Positions 8,655 through 19,941 are shown, counted from the first letter of the stretch. The stretch: DNA of 32,000 bases from Candidatus Saccharimonadota bacterium (GCA_963716945.1 OY970322.1:810001-842000), one strand, 5' to 3'. Numbers and translations are program-made. Notes: generated by a model not told the origin, from the sequence alone.

Positions 8655-9074
8655 TTACTTCTTGAGGTAGCTGCGCAGGTGCTTGAGCGCCAGGTTGGCG
8701 TTTTTGACGGCCCGGGCCAGGTCTTTGTCCTCGGCGTCGCCCTCATGGATGGCGCTGATTACTTCGCGCGTCTTCTCTTTGGTGTCCTTGGCTTTTTCGA
8801 CGAGTTCGGCCAGTTCTTTTTGGGCTTTGGCGCTGAGCTTGGCGTTGTTGGCTTTGGCCTCTTTGATAACTTTGTCCAGTTCGGTGTGGAGCTGCTTGAG
8901 GTCTTTTTCGGCTTGGACCCGGCTGCGTTCGGCGGCATTCTTAATATCGTCTCTGGTCTGCTTGCCGCTCTTAGGCGCGGTCAGGACGCCGGCCACATAC
9001 CCGGCGGCAGCGGCTACCGTGCTGCCGATAGCGATTCGTTTGAGGTTCTGGCGTTGGCGGTCTTTTCTGCCCAT
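8655..9074 (-). CDS. YtxH-like protein
   Basis: 139 aa. An N-terminal anchor and the motif AGVLTAPKSGKQTRDDIKN are typical of YtxH domains, followed by a K/E-rich coiled coil. Its start overlaps the upstream stop (TAATG). Confidence 0.6.
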   Translation of the reverse strand: MGRKDRQRQNLKRIAIGSTVAAAAGYVAGVLTAPKSGKQTRDDIKNAAERSRVQAEKDLKQLHTELDKVIKEAKANNAKLSAKAQKELAELVEKAKDTKEKTREVISAIHEGDAEDKDLARAVKNANLALKHLRSYLKK

Positions 9075-9328
9075 TATTTTTTCTGGTTCCTTTGCGTTAC
9101 TTTGATAATATTGCGGATAAGTTTAAAAAGCGCCATCCGGCCCTGAGTGTCCTTGAGAACGTCAGCTACCGACTCAACGGAATCAACGACGCCTTCGGCC
9201 TTGTCAATCACCCGGCGGACGCCCGCCAGCAATCTGAGGAGACCGATAACCAGGGCTATGCACAGCAGGAAGAAAAGGCTGAGCAGGCTGGTCAGTATGA
9301 TAAGCAGGACCGTGTCCGTAGTCGTCAT
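9074..9328 (-). CDS. Small membrane protein, DUF948-like
   Basis: 84 aa with an N-terminal TM helix (VLLIILTSLLSLFFLLCIALVIGLL) and then an amphipathic helix. It is translationally coupled to the YtxH-like gene. A TATACT box lies 6 nt upstream of the ATG. Confidence 0.5.
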   Translation of the reverse strand: MTTTDTVLLIILTSLLSLFFLLCIALVIGLLRLLAGVRRVIDKAEGVVDSVESVADVLKDTQGRMALFKLIRNIIKVTQRNQKK

Positions 9329-9363
9329 ACGTTCAGTATATAACTAATCGCGCCGTTGTCCAG

Positions 9364-10260
9364 TCAAGACCCCAGTTGTTGGCGCAGATAGTCCTTGAGG
9401 GCCGGGCCGATGTCATCACGCTTAAGGGCGAAATTGAAGACGGTCTTGAGATACTCCAGGGGGTTGCCGGTATCGTGGTAGGCGCCGTTCTTAATCTCCA
9501 AACCGTAGATGTGGTGGCCGTCCTTAATCATATTCTGCATGGCTTCCTGGATCATGAATTCACCGCTGGCCGGGTCGTAAGCCTCGCGCTGTTTCTGCAA
9601 GTAACCGACCATGTCATATTCGAACAGGTAGCCGCTGACTGACGCCAGGTCGGACGGCGCCCGGTCGCGGCCCGGCTTTTCGACGATAGTCGTCATATCG
9701 ACCAGGCCCGGCGCAACTTCTTCGCCCGCGATGTAGCCATAGCGCTTGTAATCTTCTTCGCCGTCACGGCGGATGGCCGTAATGACCGAACCGCCGCGCT
9801 CCTCGTAGACCGCCAGCATTTGGGCGAAACGGCTCGGTTCGGCGGCCACGAAATCATCGGCAAAAGTATAAATAAACGGCTCATTGCCGATCAAATGGGC
9901 AGCGTTCAATAGCGGCGTGCCGGTGCCATAAGGGCCCTTTTGCCGAATATAAGCGAAGTTGGCCAAGCCCGAAATCCGGCTGGTCGCTTCCAGCAGCTCC
10001 CGTTTGCCGGCCTGCTCCAAATTGCTCTTAAGATCGGCGCTGATGTGGTCAAAATGGTCCTCGATAGTCCGCTTGTGGTAGCCGGTCACGATCACTATGT
10101 CGGTAATGCCCGCGCCGGCCAGCTCTTCGACGATTTGCTGGATAATCGGCTTATCGACGAGCGGCAGCATTTCTTTGGGCATAGCCTTGGTCTGCGGCAA
10201 AAACCGCGTTCCGAAACCGGCCGCGGCGATGACTGCTTTACGAACTTTGGGTTGGGCCAT
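9364..10260 (-). CDS. galU: UTP-glucose-1-phosphate uridylyltransferase
   Basis: KAVIAAAGFGTRFLPQTKAMPKEMLPLVDKPIIQ is the GalU signature. I prefer the ATG at 10260 (MAQPKVRK...), because the track extension to 10323 runs into the divergent promoter region. Confidence 0.85.
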   Translation of the reverse strand: MAQPKVRKAVIAAAGFGTRFLPQTKAMPKEMLPLVDKPIIQQIVEELAGAGITDIVIVTGYHKRTIEDHFDHISADLKSNLEQAGKRELLEATSRISGLANFAYIRQKGPYGTGTPLLNAAHLIGNEPFIYTFADDFVAAEPSRFAQMLAVYEERGGSVITAIRRDGEEDYKRYGYIAGEEVAPGLVDMTTIVEKPGRDRAPSDLASVSGYLFEYDMVGYLQKQREAYDPASGEFMIQEAMQNMIKDGHHIYGLEIKNGAYHDTGNPLEYLKTVFNFALKRDDIGPALKDYLRQQLGS

Positions 10261-10268
10261 TGCTTCTG

Positions 10269-10277
10269 ATTGTACCA
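10269..10277 (-). promoter_or_regulatory. Extended -10 box (TGgTACAAT) 8 nt upstream of the galU ATG
   Basis: The reverse complement of 10269-10277 is TGGTACAAT. The ATG is at 10260 and there is no SD. Confidence 0.45.
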
Positions 10278-10303
10278 CGATCAAATTCGAGAGAATAGAA
10301 TAC

Positions 10304-10331
10304 TTGTAAAAACATAAAATCAACGTATAAT
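10304..10331 (+). promoter_or_regulatory. Sigma70-like promoter TTGTAA-16 nt-TATAAT, 10 nt upstream of the ATG at 10342
   Basis: TTGTAA at 10304-10309 and TATAAT at 10326-10331. There is no SD before the ATG at 10342. Confidence 0.45.
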
Positions 10332-10341
10332 CAATAGAACT

Positions 10342-11097
10342 ATGTCGGAGATGCTAGAGGCTGAGCAGCCCGTACGCAACCTTGATACTTTTCGCCAACG
10401 CTGGGGCGACTGCGGCTTTGAGGAGTCCCAGCTGGAACACATGTGGTACGTGGCCGAAAGCTTGACCAGCCGCCTGCCTTATCACAATTTTGACCATACC
10501 CTGGACACGCTCTGGACGGCCATGGAACTGGTCGATCGGCTTGAAGCCGACGGTATTGAAGTCAATCGTCGAGTTTTGGTAGGCGCCTCGCTATTCCATG
10601 ACGCGGCTTATCATCGCTCCCCTAATAAGAACGCCAAGCCCACTGCCAAAGAAAACTACTCTGCCAAACTGTTTGCCAAGCACGCGCCAGACTTCGGTTA
10701 TAGCAAAGACGAGATTAAGCTTGGCCGCCGTGTTATTAGGGATACCAGCCACCATAGGAAGCCAAGATATCCGGAAAGCAAGGTACTGGTTCGGGCTGAC
10801 ATTGATAATGTCAGCCGTGATTATGAAACCGAAGTACTGCCTAATGCCCGCCGCCTCCATGAAGAGCTGACCATACTTGGCCACTCGATAGCCTTCGAGC
10901 GCCATGCCAGATTAAGCGTTAAAGTCTTAGCCCGGTATGTTAAATACGACTTATCGCTCGGACCCACCGATAGTAGTTTCCCCGAATGGGAAGGTCATAC
11001 TTTAAACAATCTTTATGATTTAGCCTCTCGTGAAGCCGACAAAGTGCCCCGCTCATTATTGAGACTGCTGGGCGGCTCGGCCATTAACGAAGGCTAG
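10342..11097 (+). CDS. HD-domain phosphohydrolase-like protein
   Basis: 251 aa. YHNFDHTLDT ... LVGASLFHDAAYH gives the H...HD metal-binding pattern. Codon usage is atypical for this window. Confidence 0.6.
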   Translation: MSEMLEAEQPVRNLDTFRQRWGDCGFEESQLEHMWYVAESLTSRLPYHNFDHTLDTLWTAMELVDRLEADGIEVNRRVLVGASLFHDAAYHRSPNKNAKPTAKENYSAKLFAKHAPDFGYSKDEIKLGRRVIRDTSHHRKPRYPESKVLVRADIDNVSRDYETEVLPNARRLHEELTILGHSIAFERHARLSVKVLARYVKYDLSLGPTDSSFPEWEGHTLNNLYDLASREADKVPRSLLRLLGGSAINEG

Positions 11098-11105
11098 CGG
11101 CCGGC

Positions 11106-12545
11106 TTACTGCAGCTGCTTTTTGATGAGGTCCTGGGCCAGCGACGGGTTGGCTTGGCCTTTAGATTGTTTCATGACCTGGCCGACCAGGAAGCCGATGG
11201 CTTTCATCTCGCCGTTCTTGACGTCGGCGGCGGCTTTGGGATTGTCTTCAAGGACCTGCTTAACGACTTTGGCAATCTCGCCTTCGTCGGAAACCTGGAG
11301 CAGGTTCTTGGCGGCCGCGATTTCTTCCGGGTCGCCGCCGGCTTTGAGCAGTTCGGCCAGGACTTCCTTGGCCGCCGTCGAGCTTAATTTGTTATCCGAT
11401 ACGAGCTGCGAAAGCTTGATCAGCTGGTCGTCGCCCACCGGCTGCTCTTCGGCTTCACCGGATTCATCATCGCCGCCCGGCTGCATCATCCAGAAAGCCA
11501 CGCGCCGGGCATGCTCGGCGCTGCTGCCGGCCAAAATCCGAGAGACCAGCTTGGCGGTCTCGGGCACGGCGATGATGTCTTCGATGACCTTGGGGTCGAT
11601 GTTGATTTGCTTGAACTTGTCGCGGTAGCTGTCCGGCAGTTCGGGCATGGCGGCTTCGATCTTGCTAATGTACTCGTCGGTCAGGGTGACAGGCGGCAGG
11701 TCGGGGTCGGGCATGTAGCGGTAGTCGTCGGCGTTCTCTTTGGAGCGCTGGCTGAGCGTCTTCTGCTTGGCGTCGTCCCAGCCGCGGGTTTCCTGGACTA
11801 TCGTCTGGCCTTTTTCGAGCAATTCGATCTGGCGGGCTATTTCGTAGTCGGCGGCCTTTTCGACGGAGCGGAAGCTGTTTAGGTTCTTAGTCTCGGTACG
11901 GGTGCCGAGCTCATTGGTCTGGCTGACGCTGACGTTGACGTCGAAGCGCATGTTGCCGTAGTAGAGGTTGGCATCGGAGACGCCGGCGTAGCGCATTAGC
12001 AGGTACAGTTCGCGGGCGTAGGCTTTGGCCTCGGCGCTGGAGTGCATATCCGGTTCGCTGACGATTTCCAGCAGCGGCGTGCCGGCCCGGTTCAGGTCGA
12101 CCAGGCTGTAGTCCTCGCCGGCGTGGTGCGTGCTCTTGCCGGCGTCGGCTTCCAGGTGGGCCCGGGTGATGCCGATAGTTCTGGCCTGGCCGTCGACGTC
12201 GATTTTGACCTTGCCGCCGATGATAATCGGTTCGTCAAACTGGGTGATTTGGTAACCCATCGGCAAATCGGGATAAAAGTAATGCTTGCGGTCAAACTTG
12301 CTGAATTTCTGCGGCCGGCTGTTTAGCGCGAAAGCCGCCCGGGACGCCAAATCAACAGCCGCCTCGTTAAGTACCGGCAAGGCGCCCGGCAAGCCGAAAT
12401 CTATGTGGTTGACCAAGGTGTTCGGCGGCGCTTCGCGGGCATCGTTGCCGACGGCCGAGAAAAGCTTGGTCCTGGTCTTGAGCTGGACATGGCACTCAAT
12501 GCCGATGGTAACGCTGTATTTGGCGCGGGTCTTGGGGTCGATCAT
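11106..12545 (-). CDS. gatB: Asp/Glu-tRNA(Asn/Gln) amidotransferase subunit B
   Basis: 479 aa. IGIECHVQLKTRTKLFS, the DLNRAGTPLLEIVSEPD cradle region, and a C-terminal YqeY-like tail. Confidence 0.95.
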   Translation of the reverse strand: MIDPKTRAKYSVTIGIECHVQLKTRTKLFSAVGNDAREAPPNTLVNHIDFGLPGALPVLNEAAVDLASRAAFALNSRPQKFSKFDRKHYFYPDLPMGYQITQFDEPIIIGGKVKIDVDGQARTIGITRAHLEADAGKSTHHAGEDYSLVDLNRAGTPLLEIVSEPDMHSSAEAKAYARELYLLMRYAGVSDANLYYGNMRFDVNVSVSQTNELGTRTETKNLNSFRSVEKAADYEIARQIELLEKGQTIVQETRGWDDAKQKTLSQRSKENADDYRYMPDPDLPPVTLTDEYISKIEAAMPELPDSYRDKFKQINIDPKVIEDIIAVPETAKLVSRILAGSSAEHARRVAFWMMQPGGDDESGEAEEQPVGDDQLIKLSQLVSDNKLSSTAAKEVLAELLKAGGDPEEIAAAKNLLQVSDEGEIAKVVKQVLEDNPKAAADVKNGEMKAIGFLVGQVMKQSKGQANPSLAQDLIKKQLQ

Positions 12546-12955
12546 GGCTCCAGCGCCCCCAAATCCCTTAGCGCCTGGCGGAAGCCGGACAAGGCCGCCA
12601 GGACGTCACTTTTCTTAAGCTTGCGGACATCTTCGCTGACAATGGTCTTGCGCAGCTTGTGGCCGAACCAGACGCTGTCATTACTGGTCAGGGCATGCTG
12701 GGCGGCAACCAGGCGTTCGCCGGTGGTTTTGCCTTTGTAGCGGGCCTTCTTGAGAGCTTCGTCGAGCAGGTTGTCGGCTTCAATGACGGCCTGCGGCCAG
12801 GTCTTGCGGCTGACACAGTGCTTCTGCAGGTCCTTCCAGCGCTGGGTGAAGCGGTCGCTGTTGAGCTTCGCCGGCCGGCGGCGGCGTATTATGACGACCA
12901 AAGCCAGGATTAACAGCACGGCGGCCGCGGCGCCAACTATATAAGCCGGTTTCAT
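12542..12955 (-). CDS. Hypothetical single-pass membrane protein inserted between gatA and gatB
   Basis: 137 aa. An N-terminal TM helix (AYIVGAAAAVLLILALVVII) and RRRR stop-transfer are followed by a helical soluble domain. ATGA overlaps with gatA (12952-12955) and gatB (12542-12545). Confidence 0.6.
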   Translation of the reverse strand: MKPAYIVGAAAAVLLILALVVIIRRRRPAKLNSDRFTQRWKDLQKHCVSRKTWPQAVIEADNLLDEALKKARYKGKTTGERLVAAQHALTSNDSVWFGHKLRKTIVSEDVRKLKKSDVLAALSGFRQALRDLGALEP

Positions 12956-14376
12956 GCCAGCAGCTCCTCGGCCTTTTTAGCCACGGCCAACAGCTTGCGG
13001 TCGGCCCGCTGCGGCGCCATGATTTGCAAACCGACCGGCAGGCCGCCGCTCAAACCGGCCGGCACGCTGATAGCCGGGATACCGACCAGGTTGGAGCCGA
13101 CCATCAAGAGGTCGGCCAAATACATTTGCAAAGGATGCTCGGCCCGCTCGCCAATCTTAAACGGCTTGGTCGGCGATACCGGCCCGACCATGAAGTCGAC
13201 TTCGGCAAAAGCCTTTTCAAACTCCTTGACCAGCTTGGTCCTGACGGTTTGGGCCTGCTTGTAATAGGCGTCGTGGTAGCCGCTGCTGATGACGTAGGTG
13301 CCGATCATGATACGGCGTTTGGCCTCTTCGCCGAAACCGATGGAGCGCGACTTCTTATAGCTCTCGTCGAGATCTTTGGCGTCGGGGTAGCTGTAGCCGA
13401 AACGCTGGCCGTCGTAGCGGCTGAGGTTGCTGCTGACTTCGGCCGGGCAAACGATGTAATAAACCGACAGCGACAGCGGCATGGACGGGATGCTGACGGT
13501 TGAAATCTCGGCGCCGGCGGCCTCCAGCCGCTTGACGGCGGCCTGGGTGTGCTGGCGGACGTCGGCGTCCACGTTATCATCCATGTACTCCTTGAGGATA
13601 CCGATTTTTGTGCCCTTGAGGTCAAAGTCCAGGTCAGTATATGGCTGTTCATCGCGTTCGATAGTCGTGCTGTCGAGGTCGTCCCGGCCGGCTATGACGT
13701 CGAGTACCAGCGCCGCGTCATCAACCGTCCTGGCCAGCGGCCCGGGCGAGTCGAGGCTGGAAGCCATGGCGACGATGCCGCTGCGGCTGACCAGGCCGTA
13801 GGTCGGCTTCAGCCCGACCACGCCGCAAAAGGCTGCCGGCAAGCGGATCGAGCTGCCGGTGTCGGTACCGGTAGCGAACGGCGCCATTTCGAGGGCTACG
13901 GCGGCGGCCGAACCGCCCGAGCTGCCGCCCGGCACCCGGGTTTTGTCGTAAGGGTTCTTGGTGGTGAAGAAATCGCTGTTTTCGGTCGACGAACCATGGG
14001 CGAAGGCGTCGAGGTTGGCCTTGGCGACACAGATGGCGCCTTCGGCTTCCAGCCGCTCGATGACCGTCGCCTGGTACGGCGCGTGGAAACCTTTGAGGAT
14101 GTTGCTGGCGGCCGTAGTTTCGGCGCCGAAAGCCAGGAAGTTGTCTTTGGCGATGAACGGCACGCCGGCCAAACGACCGACTTTGCCGCCCTTGGCCGCA
14201 CGCTTGTCAATCTCCGCGGCCCGCTCGCGCGCCCGTTTGGCGGTCGTGACGATTATAGCGTCGTAGTCTTGCTTGGCGGCAATCGTCTTGAGCGACCGCT
14301 CGACCAGGTCGGCAGCCTTAAGCTCCCCGGCCCGGACTTTAGCGGCGATATCGGCGATCGGCGGCCATTGGCTCAT
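12952..14376 (-). CDS. gatA: Glu-tRNA(Gln) amidotransferase subunit A
   Basis: 474 aa with the amidase signature GGSSGGSAAAVA and GTDTGSSIRLPA. Confidence 0.95.
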   Translation of the reverse strand: MSQWPPIADIAAKVRAGELKAADLVERSLKTIAAKQDYDAIIVTTAKRARERAAEIDKRAAKGGKVGRLAGVPFIAKDNFLAFGAETTAASNILKGFHAPYQATVIERLEAEGAICVAKANLDAFAHGSSTENSDFFTTKNPYDKTRVPGGSSGGSAAAVALEMAPFATGTDTGSSIRLPAAFCGVVGLKPTYGLVSRSGIVAMASSLDSPGPLARTVDDAALVLDVIAGRDDLDSTTIERDEQPYTDLDFDLKGTKIGILKEYMDDNVDADVRQHTQAAVKRLEAAGAEISTVSIPSMPLSLSVYYIVCPAEVSSNLSRYDGQRFGYSYPDAKDLDESYKKSRSIGFGEEAKRRIMIGTYVISSGYHDAYYKQAQTVRTKLVKEFEKAFAEVDFMVGPVSPTKPFKIGERAEHPLQMYLADLLMVGSNLVGIPAISVPAGLSGGLPVGLQIMAPQRADRKLLAVAKKAEELLA

Positions 14377-14666
14377 CCGAGCATCCGTTTCACTTTGATT
14401 TGGTGGTCTTTGACATGAGGTACGTTCTTGAGCAGGTCTTCGGGCTTGTAGCCGTAGTCTTTAATTTCGTCGGGGCGCGTGACATTGGTCAGGCCCGTGA
14501 CCTGGTGGGTCGGTTCCAGGCCTTTGGTGTCAACACCTTGCAACTGTTCGACATACTGCAGAATTTCCGATAATTCGGCCGTGAACTGCTCAATCTCGGC
14601 CTCATCAAGGTCTAGCCTTGCTAATTCGGCCAATTTTAAGACATCTTCCCGAGTCAGTTTCGCCAT
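14373..14666 (-). CDS. gatC: Asp/Glu-tRNA amidotransferase subunit C
   Basis: 97 aa. VLKLAELARLDLDEAEIEQFTAELSEILQYVEQL is typical of GatC. It has an ATGA overlap with gatA, and TGcTACAAT lies 11 nt upstream of the ATG. Confidence 0.9.
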   Translation of the reverse strand: MAKLTREDVLKLAELARLDLDEAEIEQFTAELSEILQYVEQLQGVDTKGLEPTHQVTGLTNVTRPDEIKDYGYKPEDLLKNVPHVKDHQIKVKRMLG

Positions 14667-14806
14667 AGTTAATCATAATTGTAGCAGACCGCGCGCCATT
14701 TCCTACAATTTTTAACCTGTTAATTTGACGACGGCAGAATCGCCTTTACAAAGCAAAAGCATAAGACTACGATTTAGATGCACGTTATTTGTTCTCAGAG
14801 ATAAAT

Positions 14807-15933
14807 ATGGCAGCAGTAGCCGAAGCTCAACCTATACTAAGGGAACCGCCGGAACTAGACGGACCTGAGATAGGCGTTGCCGCTTTAAAAGACCTTCACC
14901 CCGGTGAAGGTCTTTTAGCGTCCGACGGACAACCCTCAGACGGAATAACCCGGAATTACGTTGCCGACCGGAAGCCAGGCACTACGGCAAGCTCAAAGCA
15001 CGGTCATACGAACCTGGAAATCTATACTATGGAAAACGGCCGGCAGTACGAGGTTGTCAGCGGCGAACCCAGAGAACAGCAATCCGACGTGCCGGTTGTC
15101 TTCACGACCGCTCTAGGCACCAGTGTGCGCGGGCACAATTGGCACACTATGTACAAAGTCATGGATCTTGGCTATCCGGTAGTTTTGGTCGGACCGGAGG
15201 GCGGACACGCCAATTGGCCTAAAAGTCCTGCGGGACTGAAGCGCTTCCTGGCTAACCTTGGCAGCATCAGTATTGAAGAGACTGCGGCTAATATGCACGA
15301 GATACTGGATGACACCGATGAATCCGGCTTGTACGCGCCCGGAGATTTTATAGCTATAGGCGAATCTCGGGCCTCGGCGGCCGGAATGGGACTTGCCGCC
15401 TTGGCTACCAGAAGGCAAATGATTTATGGCGACTTTATAGCTCCCCCCTTCCCGAGGACTCTGGACAGCGCAAAAGGCCGGCTGGCTTTGCCGGCTCAAC
15501 TGGTGACCCAAACTTCCCTGCTGGGAAATCTTCCCCTAAAAATGAGCCCCCGACGAGCCCTACATTTTCCAAGGACCATAAACCCTAATCCCCATTTTTT
15601 GCTACATATGGCAGCCACCGTACCGACCCTCTTAAGCGGCCGTACGGGCGAATTAGCTGCCGCTATAGAGCCCGATGCTAAGATTCACAATACTATATTT
15701 ACCGGCGACGCCTGGTCGGACGGCGAAGGCTGGGACGAAGTGTTTGAAGGTCATTCGTATGTTGTAAATACTCACCTTCCCGGTAACCATATGGCCATAG
15801 CCAAACCGGAAACCCAGCAGGCTCGGCTAGACCGCTTAACGGGTTTGCGCGAGGAGCTGCAAGAAACCGGCGGCCAGGTTTCAGCGATTGATTGGAGCCG
15901 AATTCACATGAGCGGCCGGTTGGCGGTAGCGGC

Positions 15934-15937
<4 letters not shown>
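14807..15937 (+). CDS. Putative alpha/beta-hydrolase-fold protein
   Basis: I prefer the ATG at 14807 over the TTG at 14789. The candidate Ser-Asp-His order fits an alpha/beta hydrolase: nucleophile-elbow-like IAIGESRAS, then FTGDAWSD, then LPGNHMAI. The N-terminal ~90 aa look disordered and codon usage is atypical. The function is inference. Confidence 0.5.
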
Positions 15938-17900
<1,963 letters not shown>

Positions 17901-17906
17901 CCTCTA

Positions 17907-17915
17907 ATTGTAGCA
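17907..17915 (-). promoter_or_regulatory. Extended -10 box (TGcTACAAT) 6 nt upstream of the uvrB ATG
   Basis: The reverse complement of 17907-17915 is TGCTACAAT. The ATG is at 17900. Confidence 0.45.
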
Positions 17916-17933
17916 AGCTTGGGGGCGGGCTGT

Positions 17934-18584
17934 TTAGCCGGCGTGGGGTTTGGGCGGGTCGGTCTGGAGAAACCAGTTTTCGTCATGGCTCTCCAAATGG
18001 CGCCGGATGTCGGCGTATTTGTCATTCAAGATGGCAATGACCTTTTGGACCAAACGGTCCGGGTCGTCATCGTATACGACCAGGCTGTTATGGGGCGGCT
18101 CGAGAACATTTATCAGGTTGAGTATCTGGTCGGCCGTGCCGCCGCTGCCGGTCAGGATACCGCACGGCTTGTGGGCTTCCAGCGCCGAAGTGAACTCGTG
18201 CAAACTGCCGAACCGGCCGCCGATAGTAATCACGGCGTCGCTAGACTGGACCAGATAAAGGTCGCGGCCGACGTAATGCAAGCCGGTGAAGTTGATGAAA
18301 TCGAAACAATTGCTCGGCAGATGGTATTTGCGCAAGTGCTCGCGCAAACTCACGGCCGGCGAAAAGCCGATGCTGGTGCCGCCGGCTTCTTTGGCGCCCA
18401 GGGCCGCATAATACGGCAGGCCGACAGTCGCGCCGGTTGTCAAAATATGGCCGCTGTGGCCAATCGCCCGGCCGGTATCCCGGGCCAGTTTGGCCGAGGC
18501 CTTAACGGTTTCGCCGGAGGCCGCACCCGAGACACAGATCGAATAGCGCAACAGCTCGTCATCGATCGGAGTCGCCGCCGTCAT
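17934..18584 (-). CDS. LOG/TIGR00725-like Rossmann-fold protein (SLOG superfamily)
   Basis: I prefer the ATG at 18584 (MTAATPIDDELLRYSICVSGAASGE...), 216 aa, because the track extension is Ser/Cys/Arg-rich out-of-context sequence overlapping the upstream gene. The motif order fits LOG/TIGR00725: ICVSGAASG, ILTTGATVGLPYYAALGAKEAGGTSIGF, and AVITIGGRFGSLHEF (the PGGxGTxxE position). GAGG lies in the 13-nt gap after the upstream stop. Confidence 0.65.
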   Translation of the reverse strand: MTAATPIDDELLRYSICVSGAASGETVKASAKLARDTGRAIGHSGHILTTGATVGLPYYAALGAKEAGGTSIGFSPAVSLREHLRKYHLPSNCFDFINFTGLHYVGRDLYLVQSSDAVITIGGRFGSLHEFTSALEAHKPCGILTGSGGTADQILNLINVLEPPHNSLVVYDDDPDRLVQKVIAILNDKYADIRRHLESHDENWFLQTDPPKPHAG

Positions 18585-18597
18585 AAAGCCGTCCGCC

Positions 18598-19842
18598 TCA
18601 TATGGCCGCGAACTCCTCGGCCAATTGCGGCTGCAGCTGGCCGGTAACCGTCTGTTCGACCGACTCGTGGCGCAGGTAGCGCAACAACAGCTCGTGCCAC
18701 AATGAATTCTGGAAATAGTGTATGGCCCGCTGCTCGAACGGCAGCTGGTTGCAGTAGTTGAGCGCGGCATCGACGACATTCAATGACACCGGCTGGCGGT
18801 CGTGCAGCAAACCGAGGTGGGCGCCGCCGCGCCAGAACTCGAAACTCGGCTCGATAGCGCTCAACGTCTGTTCGATAGGCTGCCAGACCATGTCATCGAG
18901 CCGGAGGTGGGGCTCGAAAGCCTCTTCGCGGCCGCGGTCGGCCAGCTGGGCGTAGTAGCGCTGGATCAGGTGCCACGGTACCGGCTGGTCAAGCATTTGC
19001 GAGTTGAGTTTCGGTTCGTCGGCAGCCACGGTCTGGACCAGGCTGCCAAAATCGGGACGGACCTGGCACAGCTTCAAAAACGTGCTGGCCGCCCTGATCT
19101 CATTGAGTTCATGCAGCGCCAGGGCCAAGCTGGCCGTCGTGCTGCCGGCGGGGGCGTCGGCGGGCAGCGGCAAGAAGACCAGCGCCCCCAGTTCCCTGAA
19201 ACTTAGAATGTTGTGCCTGCCCTGCTCGACAGTGTTGGCCGCCAGGTCGCGCCAACGGGCCGAATCCGGCCGGGCCAGGCTAATCGAACGGTCTTCGAAA
19301 TCCCCCGGACCGAGCCGTTTGTAACGTTCCAGCAACCGTTGCCGCCAATGCGTACCCTCGCTCAGCCACGCGGCGGCCAGTATCGACACCGGCGTTTCGT
19401 GTTTCAGGAAGGACTCCAGCGACCGGTAACCGAGCCGCTTCATCGCCTTTTTGGGCGGCAGCTGCTTAATGATATTCCTCAAGGGGCCAGATTTAAGCGC
19501 AAAGCAGCGTTTGGAGTCCGGCAGGCCCTTGAGCGCCTGTACCATGCCGGCGACAACGTCGGCTTCGGCCGATACGTGGGTCGCGGCCAGCGTCCGCAAA
19601 GTCCTGGTCAGCCGGGCATCATCAGACTTAATCCGCTCCTGCAAAACATGGTAAAGCTCTTCGGCCGTCGTGTCGCGCGGGTCAAGCCCCAGCTGTTTGA
19701 GCTTGGCCTGGGTGGCCTGCAGGACTTCGGTCGAAAACCGAATGTCGGTGTTCGGGTTGCCGTTAGCCGACTCCAGCCGCCTGAGGCCCTGCCGGAAGAA
19801 CGGTTCATCTGCTTGCAGCGATTCCGACAAAAAACGTGTCAT
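18598..19842 (-). CDS. Hypothetical protein (414 aa), no family recognised
   Basis: A long ORF with host-like GC-rich codon usage. It has a GGGAG SD 6 nt before the ATG at 19842 and lies 13 nt upstream of the LOG-like gene. I recognise no motif. Confidence 0.6.
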   Translation of the reverse strand: MTRFLSESLQADEPFFRQGLRRLESANGNPNTDIRFSTEVLQATQAKLKQLGLDPRDTTAEELYHVLQERIKSDDARLTRTLRTLAATHVSAEADVVAGMVQALKGLPDSKRCFALKSGPLRNIIKQLPPKKAMKRLGYRSLESFLKHETPVSILAAAWLSEGTHWRQRLLERYKRLGPGDFEDRSISLARPDSARWRDLAANTVEQGRHNILSFRELGALVFLPLPADAPAGSTTASLALALHELNEIRAASTFLKLCQVRPDFGSLVQTVAADEPKLNSQMLDQPVPWHLIQRYYAQLADRGREEAFEPHLRLDDMVWQPIEQTLSAIEPSFEFWRGGAHLGLLHDRQPVSLNVVDAALNYCNQLPFEQRAIHYFQNSLWHELLLRYLRHESVEQTVTGQLQPQLAEEFAAI

Positions 19843-19915
19843 GCCTGGCTCCCGCCCCCGTTATTTTTATGTTTATACATATGTGGTCCTTCGCCTATAG
19901 ATTACCATAAGCGGC

Positions 19916-19939
19916 GGGGCGATAAAAGGCTTGCGCCCC
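19916..19939 (-). terminator. Weak hairpin downstream of the PfkB kinase gene
   Basis: GGGGCG (19916-19921) pairs with CGCCCC (19934-19939) around a 12-nt loop, beginning 2 nt after the stop codon (19942-19944). No clear U-tract follows. Confidence 0.3.
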
Positions 19940-19941
19940 GT

